From Methanothrix harundinacea (GTDB lineage Archaea > Halobacteriota > Methanosarcinia > Methanotrichales > Methanotrichaceae), in contig DAQG01000046.1 of assembly GCA_002502785.1 (NCBI GenBank), forward strand, positions 4,018 through 68,017: a DNA stretch of 64,000 bases. Reading direction: 5' to 3'. The notes below the pieces were generated by a model. That model was given only the letters and a program-made list of their open reading frames with translations. It ran no database searches and was not told the origin of the DNA. The stretch's first letter is position 1. Every line of letters starts with the position of its first letter. The translations under genes and the position numbers were made by a program. Shown piece after piece: positions 28,395 through 40,160 of this stretch.

Positions 28395-28398
28395 GGTC

Positions 28399-28860
28399 CT
28401 ACCTCATCTTCCAGATAAGATCTGAGATCGACTCGTGATACCCGAGTTCTCCGCCCTCTCTGACGGTCTTTTTCGTACCGCGGTGACCCTTTCTCGGCGG
28501 GTGAAGCCTGAAGACCGGCTTTATTCCGGCGTCCTTTAGGCTTGTTGCTCCCTGACAGACCGCCGATGCGAACTCCTTTATGGTCTTGTAGGAGGTGTTC
28601 TCCTTTATGAACTGGTCAGTCAAACGCTTGTTGCCGCTCAACCTGCCGCGCATTTCGAGCATGGACGCCAGAGCGTTCTCGTCGATCTCACCCCAAGCTA
28701 CGTAGTCCTTCACATTCTGGATCATGCCCCTGTAGTGGGGGTTGTCCGGCACCACGACGCAGTGGTTAATCCTGTGAAGTCGAAGCATCTTGAGGGTATC
28801 CTTGATATCGGGCTTGGTTTTGACGCTGCCCCGAAGTCGCACTATCGCATACATCGTCAT
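28399..28860 (-). CDS. rpl30: 50S ribosomal protein uL30
   Basis: [35 protein letters not shown]. Confidence 0.9.
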   Translation of the reverse strand: MTMYAIVRLRGSVKTKPDIKDTLKMLRLHRINHCVVVPDNPHYRGMIQNVKDYVAWGEIDENALASMLEMRGRLSGNKRLTDQFIKENTSYKTIKEFASAVCQGATSLKDAGIKPVFRLHPPRKGHRGTKKTVREGGELGYHESISDLIWKMR

Positions 28861-29468
28861 ACCCTCATTGTGACGGTATTACGCAACGCATTGTAGGTGG
28901 CTTTGGCGAAGTTGAGGGTGGTTCTGGTGTTGCCCGAAGACTTCGTCCAGACGTCCTGGATCCCGGCCATCTCCATCACCTTTTTGGCGGTTCCTCCCGC
29001 CGCGATCCCCAAGCCCCTCGGAGCAGGGATCAGGGTGATCTGGACAGATCCCGCCTTTCCCATGACTTCGAAGGGTACTGTGTGACCCGCGCCGCAGCCG
29101 CATTCCCAGCTTCCACAACCGCGCTGTACCTTTATGATATTCAGCTTGGCCACATCTATACCCTTTCTTATGGCGGGTCCGACCTGGTTGTCCCTGCCCT
29201 GACCGATGCCGATGTAGCCGTCCTTGTTTCCGACGATGACTGTAGCCCTGAACTTGACCCTTCGTCCCGAGTCGGTCATCCTCTGGACCATGTTTATGTC
29301 CAGAACCTCGTCCTCAAGCCCGGGCAGCAGGGCGTCGACTATTCCCGCTTCTTTGATCGGGAGCCTTGATTTGAGCGCTTCGTCAAAGGTCGTGATCTGC
29401 CCCTCGTAAACGAGTTTGCCCAGTTTGGTCTTGGGGACCCATTCTTCTCTGTATCCCATCCTCCTCAT
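28857..29468 (-). CDS. rps5: 30S ribosomal protein uS5
   Basis: [31 protein letters not shown]...[10 protein letters not shown]. Confidence 0.9.
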   Translation of the reverse strand: MRRMGYREEWVPKTKLGKLVYEGQITTFDEALKSRLPIKEAGIVDALLPGLEDEVLDINMVQRMTDSGRRVKFRATVIVGNKDGYIGIGQGRDNQVGPAIRKGIDVAKLNIIKVQRGCGSWECGCGAGHTVPFEVMGKAGSVQITLIPAPRGLGIAAGGTAKKVMEMAGIQDVWTKSSGNTRTTLNFAKATYNALRNTVTMRV

Positions 29469-29472
29469 CCAC

Positions 29473-29982
29473 TCACCCCAGTATCTTCTCGCGGGCAGCC
29501 TCGAACTGAGCCGTGAACTCCACGCCTCGGTAGGCCTCTATATTCTCGCCACGGATCCTACCATCGTCCGGGAAGATCTCCGGGCTGTGGGGCACCGTTA
29601 TCCCGGCGTCCACCACGCCTTTCAGGGCGGAGTATATCCTGTTGCCCTTGGTGTTGGCGTGAATCCCCATGTCCAAAATCGCCTCGGTCTCGCCCATCGC
29701 CTTCATCCTCTTGCCGAAGAGGAGGCCGGCCAGGTACGATGCTGGGACGTTCCCGGTGTTCTGCTCATAGCCGAACTGTTTAAGCTCCCGGGAGTTGACT
29801 GTAAGGAGCGTTCTGTCGCCAATGGGCTCTGCAACGATCAGCTGCAGTGTTATGTTCTTGTTGCCCTTTCTGACCACAAGTCTCGGCTTTCTGGAAAGGA
29901 TTAGCTTGTATCTGAAGTGATAATCCGTTCTGCCCTCTCTCCGCCTTCTGAAGGGCACTTTGTATCGCGGTCCGGTTGCCAT
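29473..29982 (-). CDS. rpl18: 50S ribosomal protein uL18
   Basis: [25 protein letters not shown]. Confidence 0.9.
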   Translation of the reverse strand: MATGPRYKVPFRRRREGRTDYHFRYKLILSRKPRLVVRKGNKNITLQLIVAEPIGDRTLLTVNSRELKQFGYEQNTGNVPASYLAGLLFGKRMKAMGETEAILDMGIHANTKGNRIYSALKGVVDAGITVPHSPEIFPDDGRIRGENIEAYRGVEFTAQFEAAREKILG

Positions 29983-30443
29983 CAGTCACTCCTCGTTAGA
30001 CCTTTTGCTTTGATGTACGCGTTGAGATGGGCTGTGCTGCGGTACTCGCCGCCCTTGGCCTTACGATAAAGCATCCTGTAGGTGTGACGGTCGATATCTT
30101 CCTTTTCCCTCAGCTCTTTCAGCGTCCGGCGAAGTGCCCGGATCTTGGTCATCCACATCTCTTTGCTTGGAGACCTGGACCCTTTAGCGCCCTTTCTCCT
30201 GCCCTGACCTTTCTTGTGGCCGTAGGCCCTCTTGGCGGCTCTGACCCTGTATCTCGCGCGGCTGTTGCCCTTCTTCGGCTTGGCCTTGATGTTTCCAGCC
30301 TCGATCTGAGACCTGATGTCCTCTCTCGTAATGGCATCGGCTATATCGCCGGCAGTGTCCGGATCGGGGTTGATCCAGATCCTGCTCTCGCCTACGTCAA
30401 GAACGCTGGCAGCGAGCCTCTTCTGTGTTGAAAAGTTGGGCAA
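29982..30443 (-). CDS. rpl19e: 50S ribosomal protein eL19
   Basis: QKRLAASVLDVGESRIWINPD...GNSRARYR. Confidence 0.9.
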   Translation of the reverse strand: MPNFSTQKRLAASVLDVGESRIWINPDPDTAGDIADAITREDIRSQIEAGNIKAKPKKGNSRARYRVRAAKRAYGHKKGQGRRKGAKGSRSPSKEMWMTKIRALRRTLKELREKEDIDRHTYRMLYRKAKGGEYRSTAHLNAYIKAKGLTRSD

Positions 30444-30444
30444 T

Positions 30445-30840
30445 TCAGTCGCCTCCAGAAGTGGGGTTGAGAACCTTCAGGTTCATCTCCCGGGCCATCG
30501 CCTCGATCTCGTCTCTTTTCTTCATGCCCACGGTTCCGGCGATCCGGACAGCACAACCTTCGGCTTCCAACAGGTCGCCTGGACACTTCACGAGAATCTC
30601 TTTCATGCCGCAGGGATGGTATCCCCTGACGCCCTTGGGGCTCCCGTATCCTGCCTTGACGAGTTTTCCCTTGGCTGCAATCTGCTGTCTGAGTTTGTTG
30701 TGCAGGCCACGGGGCCGTCTCCAGCTGGGTGAGAGCTTCTTCTTTTTGTGTGAATCGCAACGGTTGAACTCGGGCTTCCTCTTCTTCTGTCTTGCCCGAA
30801 CTTTCATCAACCTCTCAGTTTCGGAAGTCAACTCCGTCAC
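30445..30840 (-). CDS. rpl32e: 50S ribosomal protein eL32
   Basis: KPEFNRCDSHKKKKLSPSWRRPRGLHNKLR...GYGSPKGVRGYHPCG. Confidence 0.9.
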   Translation of the reverse strand: MTELTSETERLMKVRARQKKRKPEFNRCDSHKKKKLSPSWRRPRGLHNKLRQQIAAKGKLVKAGYGSPKGVRGYHPCGMKEILVKCPGDLLEAEGCAVRIAGTVGMKKRDEIEAMAREMNLKVLNPTSGGD

Positions 30841-31379
30841 CTCTTGTCCACCAGGTATATTCCGTCCTGGAATACTCTGATGTCGAACCCTCTGACCTTG
30901 GTCGCCTGCTCGATGTTGGCCATCGTCTGACCAACAAGTTCCTTATCGATACCGGTGACGATCACGGTGTCGCCTTTGATCTCCACCTTGGAGTCGCCCA
31001 TGATCTTGGCGGTGCGGGGCTTCCTCTCGCCCAGGAAGTTGCTTATCAAAAGCTCCTTCTTGGTGGCCTTCAGCTGTATCGGGAAGTGAGAGTAAACGGC
31101 CTTCATCCTGTACTCGAAGCCCTCGTTCACCCCTTTGATCATGTTGTTCAGGTGGGCGGCCAAAGTTCCGACCATGGACCTGTGCCGCTTCCTGGTGATC
31201 TCGGCGTCCATGACCAGGCCGGATTCGTCTTTTCTGATCTCTATACCAGGATACCAGAGGCGTCTTGAAACCGTCCCCAAAGGTCCGGTAACCGTCACTG
31301 TGGCGTCGTCGCTGATCTCCACCTCGACACCATCTGGAATTTCTATATATCGCGCCAACTCTTTGACCATCGTGACCAC
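30837..31379 (-). CDS. rpl6: 50S ribosomal protein uL6
   Basis: Position and sequence (YSHFPIQLKA...DIRVFQDGIY). Confidence 0.9.
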   Translation of the reverse strand: MVTMVKELARYIEIPDGVEVEISDDATVTVTGPLGTVSRRLWYPGIEIRKDESGLVMDAEITRKRHRSMVGTLAAHLNNMIKGVNEGFEYRMKAVYSHFPIQLKATKKELLISNFLGERKPRTAKIMGDSKVEIKGDTVIVTGIDKELVGQTMANIEQATKVRGFDIRVFQDGIYLVDKR

Positions 31380-31772
31380 CTAATAAACGTAAGCCAAAAG
31401 CTGGCCGCCGATCCCGCGCTCCCTGGCATCGACGTGAGATACGACTCCCTGGCTAGTGCTCATGATTAGCACGCCGAAGTTCCTGGAGGGAAGGTACCTC
31501 TTCTCCCACTTCTCCAGGTCCAGGACCTGAGCCGAGAACCGAGGCTTGATCACGCCGCACCTGTTTATCTTTCCTTGCAAGTTGACCTTGAACATGCCGG
31601 ACTTGCCGTCGTCTACGAATTCGAACTCACCGATGTATCCAAGATCTGCCATAACCTTCAGGGTGTTGCCGACGAGCTTGGAAGCGGGCTGGATGATGCA
31701 TTCTCCTTTGCCGACGTCTTCAGCGTTTTTTATGACAGACATGGCATCGGCAAGCGGATCTAACAGTACCAT
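31380..31772 (-). CDS. rps8: 30S ribosomal protein uS8
   Basis: [14 protein letters not shown]...[27 protein letters not shown]. Confidence 0.9.
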   Translation of the reverse strand: MVLLDPLADAMSVIKNAEDVGKGECIIQPASKLVGNTLKVMADLGYIGEFEFVDDGKSGMFKVNLQGKINRCGVIKPRFSAQVLDLEKWEKRYLPSRNFGVLIMSTSQGVVSHVDARERGIGGQLLAYVY

Positions 31773-31782
31773 TAGTCATCAC

Positions 31783-31935
31783 CTACGAGTACTTCTCAAA
31801 ACCCATATCCTGGGCGATCTCTCTGAAACATTGTTTGCAGAGATAGATTCCGTATTTCCTGATTAGCCCCGACTTTCTGCCGCATCGCTTGCAGCAATTT
31901 GCGCCTCTGCCGAAGCTCTTGGTATTGATCTTCAT
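31783..31935 (-). CDS. rps14: 30S ribosomal protein uS14 (zinc-ribbon type Z)
   Basis: Below the ORF-track size cutoff. My translation is [50 protein letters not shown]. The ATG overlaps the rpl5 stop (ATGA). Confidence 0.85.
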   Translation of the reverse strand: MKINTKSFGRGANCCKRCGRKSGLIRKYGIYLCKQCFREIAQDMGFEKYS

Positions 31936-32447
31936 GCCGCCTCCACGACGTCTACGCCGTACTTATTTTTGACGTACTCCATGGCGTCGCCTTTGGTGAC
32001 TCTGTGCTTGGAAGCGATCTTCGTTCTCGCGACGCGCCTTCTGGCAACTCGGTATCCGGGCCGCTTGAGGGCCACCGAGACGTCCATGCCGAAGATCCCG
32101 ATATCGGGATCGTACTTCATCCCGGGAAAGTCGGTATGTTCCTCGACTCCGAAGGAGAAGTTACCGGTATCGTCAAACTGGCCCGCGCGGAGGGCGCTAC
32201 CCGCCACTTCCAGGGCGACTTTGAGGAACTCTTCGGCCTCCTCGCCCCTCAGGGTCAGCCTGCACCCGATCGGCTCGCTCTTCTTTATGCCAAAGCCCGG
32301 AAGGGTCTTTTTGGCGGTGGACCTGACGGGGACTCGGTTGGTTATCGCGCCGAGGATCGTTTCGGCGTTGACCAGTCTCTGGCCGCTCTCGCCGGTACCT
32401 ATGTGGACGGTCACCTTGTCGACGCGCGGTTCCAACATGACGTTCAT
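31932..32447 (-). CDS. rpl5: 50S ribosomal protein uL5
   Basis: [16 protein letters not shown]...[18 protein letters not shown]. Confidence 0.9.
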   Translation of the reverse strand: MNVMLEPRVDKVTVHIGTGESGQRLVNAETILGAITNRVPVRSTAKKTLPGFGIKKSEPIGCRLTLRGEEAEEFLKVALEVAGSALRAGQFDDTGNFSFGVEEHTDFPGMKYDPDIGIFGMDVSVALKRPGYRVARRRVARTKIASKHRVTKGDAMEYVKNKYGVDVVEAA

Positions 32448-33148
32448 ATCTCTGCCCCCAGCTTAATGGCGGGTTTGTCTCTTCCGATCATGAAGACATG
32501 ATCGATCGTCGTCTCGAAATCATTTTTGCCGGAGATGATTACCCTGTTGGGCCGAGAACTCCTGACGACCTCGATCTCCTTGATCGTCCCGACCTCACCG
32601 GAGTGGGACCCTCCCACGACCATGGCGAGGTTCCCCTCTTTGAACTCGATGACGTCTGCGATCTCCTTATCGGGTATCGAGAGGATGACCGAGCTTCCTG
32701 TCCCGTAATCGCCCTCGGCGAGGATGTTAGTTCCGTCGTTGAGGTTCAGCTGCAATTTGCCGCCCTTCAGGATCGTCTTGTTCTCGATCCTGCAGAGCTT
32801 CCGCGCTTCGCCCTTCTCCAGCTCGTGGAGGTTGAACCTGCCCTTGGCGTCCTGGAGCAATCTGTACTTCTTGTCCAGAGCCGGGACCGATATCACGTCG
32901 AAGATCCCCACGGGGAACTTGAGATCCTTTCTCGCCTTTCCGTCGACCAGGACCCCTCCCTCGTGGAGGACGCGCTTAGCCTCTCTGGAGTTGTCGACCA
33001 GCCCCAGAAGATCCCTGACCACGACGACGAGGGGTATGCTCCCCTTTGCATAGTGGGGACCGGGTTTGCTCTTGGTCACCCACGTGTGGATCTTCCTTGC
33101 GATCGGCCAGCTTCTGGGACTCGCAACCCTCTTTTGATGTCTGCTCAC
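32444..33148 (-). CDS. rps4e: 30S ribosomal protein eS4
   Basis: HQKRVASPRSWPIARK...VLVDGKARKDLKFPVGIFDVISV. Confidence 0.9.
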   Translation of the reverse strand: MSRHQKRVASPRSWPIARKIHTWVTKSKPGPHYAKGSIPLVVVVRDLLGLVDNSREAKRVLHEGGVLVDGKARKDLKFPVGIFDVISVPALDKKYRLLQDAKGRFNLHELEKGEARKLCRIENKTILKGGKLQLNLNDGTNILAEGDYGTGSSVILSIPDKEIADVIEFKEGNLAMVVGGSHSGEVGTIKEIEVVRSSRPNRVIISGKNDFETTIDHVFMIGRDKPAIKLGAEI

Positions 33149-33153
33149 CTAAA

Positions 33154-33513
33154 TCACCTGGAAAAGATCTTCTTGCGTTCTTCGTCGTCCAGCTCCATCT
33201 TGGTGATGACGACGTTGGAGGGCTGGACCGCTCTTGGCACCTCGGTTCCGTCGGCCCGGAATACGCTCACACCGGCAACGTGGATGGTGCCGCTCTTGAG
33301 GTCCGCCTTCTGGACTTCACCCTCGGTTCCCGCATGGTCGCCGCGCATCATCTTGACAGTATCGCCCACTTTCACCTGAGCGCTGCGAGTCTTCATCTCC
33401 TCGCGAAGCTCCTTGGAGAGGGCAGCGTGCATGTACTTCTGCCGTTTGTGAAGGGGAGCGGAGAACCTTTCTTTGCGCTGTTTGCGTGGCTGTTTGCTCT
33501 TCATGGTTATCAC
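33154..33513 (-). CDS. rpl24: 50S ribosomal protein uL24
   Basis: [27 protein letters not shown] and a KOW motif. Confidence 0.9.
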   Translation of the reverse strand: MITMKSKQPRKQRKERFSAPLHKRQKYMHAALSKELREEMKTRSAQVKVGDTVKMMRGDHAGTEGEVQKADLKSGTIHVAGVSVFRADGTEVPRAVQPSNVVITKMELDDEERKKIFSR

Positions 33514-33908
33514 ACTATTATCGACGCGGCCGAGGCGATCTTTCCGTACCGCTCAGCCACTTCTCTGGCCACTGGCCCTTTTATCTCCGATCCCTTGGGA
33601 ATTCCGGCAAGGTCGGTGATGACAGCTGCGTTGTCCTCGAACTTGACCCTCAGGCCGTCAGGCCTTCGGAACTCCTTCTTCTGGCGGATGATCACCGCGG
33701 TCAAGATCTGCTTTCTCATCTCCGGGGTTCCCTTCTTTACAGATACCACGACCATGTCGCCGACTCCGGCACAGGGCATCCTGTTTTTAACGCCCCTGTA
33801 CCTCTTCACCGATATGACCTCGACCAGCCTCGCGCCGGTGTTGTCGGCGCATTCCAGGCGCGCCCCCGCGTTGATCGGCCTTGGGATACTGGCCTTAAGC
33901 CCCTTCAT
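33510..33908 (-). CDS. rpl14: 50S ribosomal protein uL14
   Basis: [40 protein letters not shown] prefer the internal Met (MKGLKAS...), which gives 132 aa and an ATGA overlap with the rps17 stop. Confidence 0.9.
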   Translation of the reverse strand: MKGLKASIPRPINAGARLECADNTGARLVEVISVKRYRGVKNRMPCAGVGDMVVVSVKKGTPEMRKQILTAVIIRQKKEFRRPDGLRVKFEDNAAVITDLAGIPKGSEIKGPVAREVAERYGKIASAASIIV

Positions 33909-34234
33909 CGCACGACCTCCACCACGACGAAGGACTTTGTCTTGCTGAGAGGTCTGCACTCGGCAACCTTGACGACGTCACCGACCTTCGCCTTCAGACA
34001 GGGCGGGTTGTGAGCGTGAAGCTTCGACCGCCTTTTCTCGAACCTATCGTACTTCGTCATCTTCCTTTCGAACTCGCGCAGGACCACCACAGTAGCGGTC
34101 ATCTTGTCGCTGACCACCGTTCCGTCAAAAACCTGACCGCGAACGGAAAGTTTTCCATGAAAGGGACAATTTGGATCGTCACAGGCCTTCTCAGGTGACT
34201 TGACGCCCAGTCCGACATCCCTCATAATTTCCAC
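33905..34234 (-). CDS. rps17: 30S ribosomal protein uS17
   Basis: [32 protein letters not shown]. Confidence 0.9.
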   Translation of the reverse strand: MEIMRDVGLGVKSPEKACDDPNCPFHGKLSVRGQVFDGTVVSDKMTATVVVLREFERKMTKYDRFEKRRSKLHAHNPPCLKAKVGDVVKVAECRPLSKTKSFVVVEVVR

Positions 34235-34515
34235 CTCGATCTCCGTATTTTTTTGTTAATCCTGTTTTCGGGTTGTGAGACTAAAACTGAGCCCTCTGCC
34301 TTCACCTTCAGGCCCTGAGACAGGGTGAAAAGGAAGCAGTTGCAGGACTTGGGAACGCGTTTATCTCCACTCCTGGTCTCGATCAGAAAGGTGTTTCGGG
34401 TTTCATCAACGACCCTGCCGGATATTCCCACCTGGAAGGGGTTTGTGCCTTCGACGACCTCTACAAGCAGGCCTATCAGCTCATGTCTGACGAGATTCTC
34501 AGGAGTTATCATCAC
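34222..34515 (-). CDS. rnp1: RNase P protein component 1 (Rpp29/Pop4 homolog)
   Basis: [37 protein letters not shown] and the conserved slot between rpl29 and rps17. Confidence 0.85.
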   Translation of the reverse strand: MMITPENLVRHELIGLLVEVVEGTNPFQVGISGRVVDETRNTFLIETRSGDKRVPKSCNCFLFTLSQGLKVKAEGSVLVSQPENRINKKIRRSRWKL

Positions 34516-34715
34516 GCTGTTACACGCTCCTTCTGTATGGTCTTGATCCTGGCTATGGACCTCTTTATCTCCCTTATCCTGCCAGGGTTCTCCGGGGCGC
34601 CGCCAGAGACGACGAGCCCCCTCTCCCGGATCAGCTCGCTTTGGAGCTTTTCAAGCTCCTCACCCAGCTCCTCGGGGCTCATATTCCTCAGTTCATCGAC
34701 CCTGAATATCGCCAT
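34512..34715 (-). CDS. rpl29: 50S ribosomal protein uL29
   Basis: [25 protein letters not shown]. Confidence 0.9.
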   Translation of the reverse strand: MAIFRVDELRNMSPEELGEELEKLQSELIRERGLVVSGGAPENPGRIREIKRSIARIKTIQKERVTA

Positions 34716-34734
34716 GTCAAGTCACGCTCTCGTC

Positions 34735-35667
34735 TCACACTTCGCTCTTCGGCTCTTCCTCGGAGACTTCCTCCGCAGGAACCTCTTCCTCGACGACCGT
34801 CTCTTCAGTGATCGCCTCTTCGGCTACCGTCTCTGCGGGAACCTCCTCTTCAGCGACGATCAGCTCCTCGGAGACCTCTTCCTCGACGACCGGTTCTTCG
34901 ATGATCGCCTCTTCGGCGACCGTCTCTGTAGGGACCTCTTCCTCGGTGATCTCGACCTCCAGGTCCTCGACGACTATCTCCTCGACGGGTCCTTCGGTCT
35001 CGGTTTCCAGAAGCTCCTCCAGCTCGTCTTTCTTCTCCTCAACTGGAGCAAGTTCCTCTGCCGTCTCCTTGGATGGCGGAACTATCAGGAACCTGTCTGG
35101 AGGTATGGCGTCGGGAGGTACGATCCTCACCTGGCAACCGATGGTTCCCAGTTTCTTCACCGCCACGGCGTATCCGTGGTCAACGATCTCCTGGGAGGGT
35201 TTGCCCGAATGCTTGACGTAACCTGCCAGGAACTTCTCGACCCTGGATCGAGGTCCCGTCACCTTGCCGCTCAGGATTATCTCGCAGCCTAGGGCTCCAC
35301 TCTCCATGACCCTCCGAAGGGTGGTCTGGCCGGCCTTTCTGAAGTACCAGCCTCTTTCAAGGGAGCTAGCCAGCCTGTTGGCCACGACCTGGGCGTTCAG
35401 CTCGGCCTTGCCCACGTCCTGCACGTCTATCTGGGGGTTGTCCAGACGGAAGTTCCGGTCCAGGTTCCGGGTGAGCTTTCTGATCAGCTTTCCGCCCTTC
35501 CCGATGACCATTCCAGGCTTTTCGGCATAGACGGTGATCTGGATCCCCATAGGGGTCCTGTTCATCATCATGCCGCCGTACCCGGCCCGACTGAGCTCCT
35601 TGGACAGATACTCGTGGACCAGAGCTTTGGTAAAGCCGTCCTCTACAAATTTCTTCTCTACGCCCAA
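34735..35667 (-). CDS. rps3: 30S ribosomal protein uS3 with long acidic repetitive C-terminal tail
   Basis: KH domain and uS3 core ([32 protein letters not shown]...[13 protein letters not shown]), followed by ~100 aa of E/V/P/A/T repeats. Confidence 0.9.
   Translation of the reverse strand: MGVEKKFVEDGFTKALVHEYLSKELSRAGYGGMMMNRTPMGIQITVYAEKPGMVIGKGGKLIRKLTRNLDRNFRLDNPQIDVQDVGKAELNAQVVANRLASSLERGWYFRKAGQTTLRRVMESGALGCEIILSGKVTGPRSRVEKFLAGYVKHSGKPSQEIVDHGYAVAVKKLGTIGCQVRIVPPDAIPPDRFLIVPPSKETAEELAPVEEKKDELEELLETETEGPVEEIVVEDLEVEITEEEVPTETVAEEAIIEEPVVEEEVSEELIVAEEEVPAETVAEEAITEETVVEEEVPAEEVSEEEPKSEV
34781..34944 (-). repeat. In-frame tandem duplication (93-nt period, 2 copies of ~71 nt) inside the rps3 3' region
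   Basis: 34781-34851 and 34874-34944 align with about nine mismatches by hand. They encode [23 protein letters not shown]-type units. Confidence 0.7.
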
Positions 35668-35668
35668 G

Positions 35669-36130
35669 TTAGCTCACCTCGGTCAATATCAGCTCTATCG
35701 ATACGGTCTCCGTATCCTTGGGGGTGGCTCTGCCCATGGCTCTTGGCATCCAGCCCCTCAGGGTTCTGCCCTGCTTGGTGGAGATGTAGGTGATCTTCAT
35801 CTCAGCAGGGTCAAGCCCCTTGTACTCGGCGTTGCTGGTGGCGTTGATCAAAACGCCCAAAACGGCTTTGGCCGCCTTTTGGGGGTACCTGCCAGCATCC
35901 CAGCCCACAAGGCCACGCCTGTGGGGGATTTTCTTGTTGTGCCGCTTGAAGGGCACTGGCCTCTTCAGGGCGATCACATCTTCCAGGTATGCCCTTGCGG
36001 TCTCTGCTCGCATCCCCTTTATCGTCCTGCAGATCTCCAGAGCGTGTTTGGGCGAGATGTGATGTTCTGTGCCCATCGCCCTGGACGATTGCTCTTTTTC
36101 AGGGGTGATGGAATATTTCAGTCGTCCCAA
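35669..36130 (-). CDS. rpl22: 50S ribosomal protein uL22
   Basis: [17 protein letters not shown]....[15 protein letters not shown]. Confidence 0.9.
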   Translation of the reverse strand: MGRLKYSITPEKEQSSRAMGTEHHISPKHALEICRTIKGMRAETARAYLEDVIALKRPVPFKRHNKKIPHRRGLVGWDAGRYPQKAAKAVLGVLINATSNAEYKGLDPAEMKITYISTKQGRTLRGWMPRAMGRATPKDTETVSIELILTEVS

Positions 36131-36140
36131 AATTCACACC

Positions 36141-36551
36141 TCACTTCAACGGCACGAACCTGCTCGATCGGGTGGCGCCCACACCGGCGCTGCCGTGAGA
36201 GACCCTTCCTCTGGTCAGGGAGTACTCGCCGAGGTAATGGCCGACCATCTCCGGCATGATCTCGACCCGGTTGAAGGTCTTACCGTTATAAATCTCGATC
36301 GTCTTTCCCACCATCTCGGGAAGGACTATCATGTCCCGAAGGTGGGTTCTCACCACGTCTCGGTTCTTGACCCTGGAGAGCAGCCTTCTGTGATCCTTGG
36401 TCAGGCCCCTCTTCAGCCTTCTTCGCTGCCTTGCTGGAAGAAGCGCCATCAGCTCGTCCATGTTGAGCTTGTTCAGCTCATCGACCTTGAGGCCGCGATA
36501 GGTGAACTCCTCTTTCCTCTTCGGAAGCCTTGATCCTGATTTCCTCGCCAA
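36141..36551 (-). CDS. rps19: 30S ribosomal protein uS19
   Basis: [11 protein letters not shown]...[29 protein letters not shown]. Confidence 0.9.
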   Translation of the reverse strand: MARKSGSRLPKRKEEFTYRGLKVDELNKLNMDELMALLPARQRRRLKRGLTKDHRRLLSRVKNRDVVRTHLRDMIVLPEMVGKTIEIYNGKTFNRVEIMPEMVGHYLGEYSLTRGRVSHGSAGVGATRSSRFVPLK

Positions 36552-36563
36552 AACAATCCCTCT

Positions 36564-37277
36564 TTAACGCTTTCCGGTCCTTCTGGCCGCAATGGACCCG
36601 ACCTTACGACCGGGGGGTGCGTTCCTGCTGACGGTCTTGGGCCTTCCTGGATGCTGCCATCCACCGCCACCGAAGGGGTGGTCCACCACGTTCATGGCCA
36701 CGCCTCTGACCCTGGGATACTTGCCAGCCTTGGACTTCATCTTGTGGTATTTCTTTCCAGCTTTTACGAAGGGCTTGTCGGTCCTGCCGCCGCCAGCGAC
36801 GACCCCTATCGTCGCCATGCACTGGGGGTTGAGCCACTTCATCTCTCCGCTGGGGAGCTGGACGACGGTCTTCCCCACATCGTGGGCTATGAGTATGCCG
36901 TAAACTCCGCTGGATCTCGCGAACTGGCCACCGGACCTCGGGCTCGACTCGATGTTGCAGATGGGAATTCCCTCGGGGATCTCTGCGAGATGCAGTGAGT
37001 TGCCCGGCTTGATCTCGGCAGAGGCGCCACAGGCTATCTCCTGGCCGACGTAAACGCCCTCTGGGACTAAGATGTATCTTTCCTCATCGTTGTCGAGGAT
37101 CACTCTCGCCACCGGGGCGTTCCGGGCCGGATCGTGGACGATGTCCTTTACGAGCCCTCGAACGGTCTCGTCCCGGTCCACCTTCACGTGCTTGAGCTCC
37201 GCCCTGAACTTGTGAGAGGGTGCCCGGTAAGTCGGGGTTCCTCGACCTCGGTTCTGTTGTATAATTCTGTGCCCCAT
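36564..37277 (-). CDS. rpl2: 50S ribosomal protein uL2
   Basis: [13 protein letters not shown]...[16 protein letters not shown]. Confidence 0.95.
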   Translation of the reverse strand: MGHRIIQQNRGRGTPTYRAPSHKFRAELKHVKVDRDETVRGLVKDIVHDPARNAPVARVILDNDEERYILVPEGVYVGQEIACGASAEIKPGNSLHLAEIPEGIPICNIESSPRSGGQFARSSGVYGILIAHDVGKTVVQLPSGEMKWLNPQCMATIGVVAGGGRTDKPFVKAGKKYHKMKSKAGKYPRVRGVAMNVVDHPFGGGGWQHPGRPKTVSRNAPPGRKVGSIAARRTGKR

Positions 37278-37286
37278 AACCTCACC

Positions 37287-37544
37287 TCACAGCAGTCCGA
37301 GCGTTGTGGCCAGCTCGTTGGCGCTGCCGTCGCCTGCCAGCTTCACGGCCGCTTTCTTCTCGCCCTTGGAGGTGATCATCGTCCTTATCGAGATCACATC
37401 GACGTCGTAGAGCTCTTCCAGTTCCTTCTTGATCTCTTTCTTGTTGGCCTTGATGTTCACCAAAAACTCCATGGTGTTGTCGGAGTCGATCATGTTGGTG
37501 ACCTTCTCCGTGATGAACGGACTCTTAATGACCATAGGTCTCAC
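37287..37544 (-). CDS. rpl23: 50S ribosomal protein uL23
   Basis: Position and the pattern F.V...[18 protein letters not shown]. Confidence 0.85.
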   Translation of the reverse strand: MRPMVIKSPFITEKVTNMIDSDNTMEFLVNIKANKKEIKKELEELYDVDVISIRTMITSKGEKKAAVKLAGDGSANELATTLGLL

Positions 37545-38289
37545 CCAGCCATTTCAGAGAGGATTCGGTCCAGACTGTGAGCCTGCCGGCTTGGGTACCG
37601 GGAGCTAGAAGCTCGGCGTTCAGCCTGTCCACTGTGGTGATGTCAACGCCCGGAAGGTTTCTGGAGGCTCTGATCAGCCCGCTGTTTTTGCCTGCCACTA
37701 TCAGCAGGCTCTTTGGATGCTTGTACTTTCTGCCCCGCATCTTGCCTCGGCCCGCGCGGATCGTTCTGCCGTTCTTGGCCCTCAAAACGTCTTCCCAAAG
37801 GCCGCAGGCCGCCAGGAAATTTCGGACCTCATTCGTCTTCTCAACAGCTTCCAGGTCGTCTTTTGCAACGAAGACCGATTCGCCTGAGAATACGTGGCCT
37901 CTGGCCCTTACGAGATCGGCGTTCGCGGTTGCTGCTATCGCTGAACGGATCGCCTTTCTCCGCTCTTTGGCGTTCACCTTCTCGGTTCTGTCCGCCTCGG
38001 GTTTTGGGGGGTGGGCTCTTCGGCCACCCTTGGCTTGGGGGACCCTGGCAGCTCGCCTTCCGTTTATGATCCTTGGAACTCGAGAGACTCCGCGGCAGGT
38101 TCCCCAGGACTGGGCAGAGGTCTTGAGGCCCGAGAGATTACTTGGACCGTAGGGCTGAAGCCTGTTGGCCTGGGCCGCCAGAACCGCCCTCTTTATGAGG
38201 TCCGGTCTAAACTCCTCGTCGAAGACCGACGGGAGGTCAACCTCTCCGACCTCATTTCCAGATAGATCGATAACCTTTGCCTTCATCAC
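37525..38289 (-). CDS. rpl4: 50S ribosomal protein uL4
   Basis: [27 protein letters not shown] and position. Confidence 0.9.
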   Translation of the reverse strand: MMKAKVIDLSGNEVGEVDLPSVFDEEFRPDLIKRAVLAAQANRLQPYGPSNLSGLKTSAQSWGTCRGVSRVPRIINGRRAARVPQAKGGRRAHPPKPEADRTEKVNAKERRKAIRSAIAATANADLVRARGHVFSGESVFVAKDDLEAVEKTNEVRNFLAACGLWEDVLRAKNGRTIRAGRGKMRGRKYKHPKSLLIVAGKNSGLIRASRNLPGVDITTVDRLNAELLAPGTQAGRLTVWTESSLKWLGETYGH

Positions 38290-39293
38290 AATCCCTGCTT
38301 CGAGTCTGTGCTGACGTAGAGGACCTCGGGCGTCTTTGCCACGGCGTCCTTGGATCTAACCGCGTTTCTCATTCTGACCAGCCTCTTGGAGGGGCCGGGA
38401 ACGCTTCCGCTGATGATGGCGTATTCGCCCCTAACGACGCCGTATCCCGGGAAACCGCCCTCGGGCGTTATTTCGCCGCCGTCGGATCCGATGGCCAGAA
38501 TTCTTTTGTTGAACTCAGTTCTCTGGTGGTAGCCCATCTGGCCCAGGAGGGGGACCGTCCACCTCACGTGGTGGGGGTTCCAGGGGCCGAGGTTGCCTAT
38601 GTGGCGGCGTTTGCCGCCTCGGGAGTGTTTCCTCTTCTGGAGCATTATGCCCCAGCGCTTGACGGGACCCTGAGTTCCCTTGCCCTTGGTGATGGCAGAG
38701 ACGTCGATTATCGATCCAGTGCCGAAGACGCTGGAGATCGGCACCGTGGAGCCGAGAAGGCCACGGGCCAGCTCGAACTGGTCTTCGATGCTGCCACTGT
38801 TTACCTGAATCTCCATCAGGTCAGGGTTCTTCTTGGGAACGCCCGTCAGAAGCTTGGGGTTTGTATAAGCGATCAAACGCAATTCAGCCATCTTGTCTAT
38901 TTGAGCCCCGATGTCATCGAGAGAGACGCCCCTCTTGTTCTTGGGGACGGTGATCGACCTTGCGAGGTACGGGTCCAGCTTCTCTGACCAAGCCTCTCCC
39001 GCAGCCCTCACGCCGCCGTTGTACTTCTCGTAGACGCGAAGGGCGGCTATGCTGAGGGGCGGTGTCTCCAGAATGGTCACCGGCACGCTGATCTCCATGC
39101 CCTCCGTGAGGCTGTTAGGCTTGTCGTCGATCATTATGAGATGGGTCATGCCGGCCTTGTACCCGGCAAAACCGTCCATTCTGGCTTTCTCCTCGCCAGC
39201 GGCCCAGTATCTCGTCCTGGGGACCTGGCTCTTAGCCCGTTTTCGGGGGCTGGAGGCCAGCGAACCTCGTCTTGGTCGGTGTATGGTTGCCAT
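38286..39293 (-). CDS. rpl3: 50S ribosomal protein uL3
   Basis: [16 protein letters not shown]...[10 protein letters not shown]...[12 protein letters not shown]. Confidence 0.95.
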   Translation of the reverse strand: MATIHRPRRGSLASSPRKRAKSQVPRTRYWAAGEEKARMDGFAGYKAGMTHLIMIDDKPNSLTEGMEISVPVTILETPPLSIAALRVYEKYNGGVRAAGEAWSEKLDPYLARSITVPKNKRGVSLDDIGAQIDKMAELRLIAYTNPKLLTGVPKKNPDLMEIQVNSGSIEDQFELARGLLGSTVPISSVFGTGSIIDVSAITKGKGTQGPVKRWGIMLQKRKHSRGGKRRHIGNLGPWNPHHVRWTVPLLGQMGYHQRTEFNKRILAIGSDGGEITPEGGFPGYGVVRGEYAIISGSVPGPSKRLVRMRNAVRSKDAVAKTPEVLYVSTDSKQGL

Positions 39294-40133
39294 TTAGCCC
39301 TCCAGTGATCGCATCAGGTTGACCTGGGAAAGGGTGGCGAAGATCGCCTCTTCAAGCCTTACCGTTTCGGTTCCCTGATGCGGTATGGTGTTAATCACGC
39401 AACATCCTTCCATCGTTTCGCTGCTCAAGAACGCATCAACGCCGCGTGCGGGCGAGCCGAAGACCACTTCCAGACCACGCTTTAGGCCTTGACGTATCGT
39501 CTGCCTCAGGAGGTCTGGGGTTGCTGGCGTGCCCTGTCTGGACGTGGCCACGACTAGGCTCTCTGTTGAGCGGACGTGCTCGTCCAGGTTCGGGATGACC
39601 TCGGTTTCGTAGCCCCAGTAGTGAGGTATCTCCGATCGGTCTACCGGCTCCGCGGCGAGGGGTTTCAGCGAAAAGACTCTGACGTTCAGGCGCTGCCCCG
39701 CCAAAAACCGCTTCGCGGTTTTGAGGGGCAATGGGCACTCAACACCTATGTCCACCCATGCGCCGTTGTCAGATCCCACTTCGTCGACTACTAAACCTAC
39801 TCTGAACTCGCCGACCTTGAGCGTTGAAACCTTTGAGCTTGTGGGATGATGAGCGGTGCGCAGCGGCGGCAGGATGCCAACGTACCTCAACGCTCTTTCC
39901 CTAGGAAAGAGCCTTTTTCGGAGGTACTGGGGCGTCTCTGCGTACTGCAGGACTCGGGATATGAACCTGGAGTCATCAAACTCCTCATCGCGATAGATGA
40001 CGATCCTGTCCACCCGAAATACCGCAGCTGCTCTTGCGATCTGGCCCACCTTGAGGGTGCGTATTCGCAGGTCCGCCGACTCCATTGTAGCGGAGGACGG
40101 AATCAAGATGGACGTCTCGCTGTCACCGATCAT
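39294..40133 (-). CDS. Putative SPOUT-superfamily RNA methyltransferase (DUF171 / Methyltrn_RNA_3-like)
   Basis: TSILIPSS......DLRIRTLKVGQIARAAAVFRVDRIVIY...YAETPQYLRK and the conserved position directly upstream of rpl3 in archaea. Confidence 0.6.
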   Translation of the reverse strand: MIGDSETSILIPSSATMESADLRIRTLKVGQIARAAAVFRVDRIVIYRDEEFDDSRFISRVLQYAETPQYLRKRLFPRERALRYVGILPPLRTAHHPTSSKVSTLKVGEFRVGLVVDEVGSDNGAWVDIGVECPLPLKTAKRFLAGQRLNVRVFSLKPLAAEPVDRSEIPHYWGYETEVIPNLDEHVRSTESLVVATSRQGTPATPDLLRQTIRQGLKRGLEVVFGSPARGVDAFLSSETMEGCCVINTIPHQGTETVRLEEAIFATLSQVNLMRSLEG

Positions 40134-40160
40134 CGGATCTTACCCCCAAGACCTATTCTT

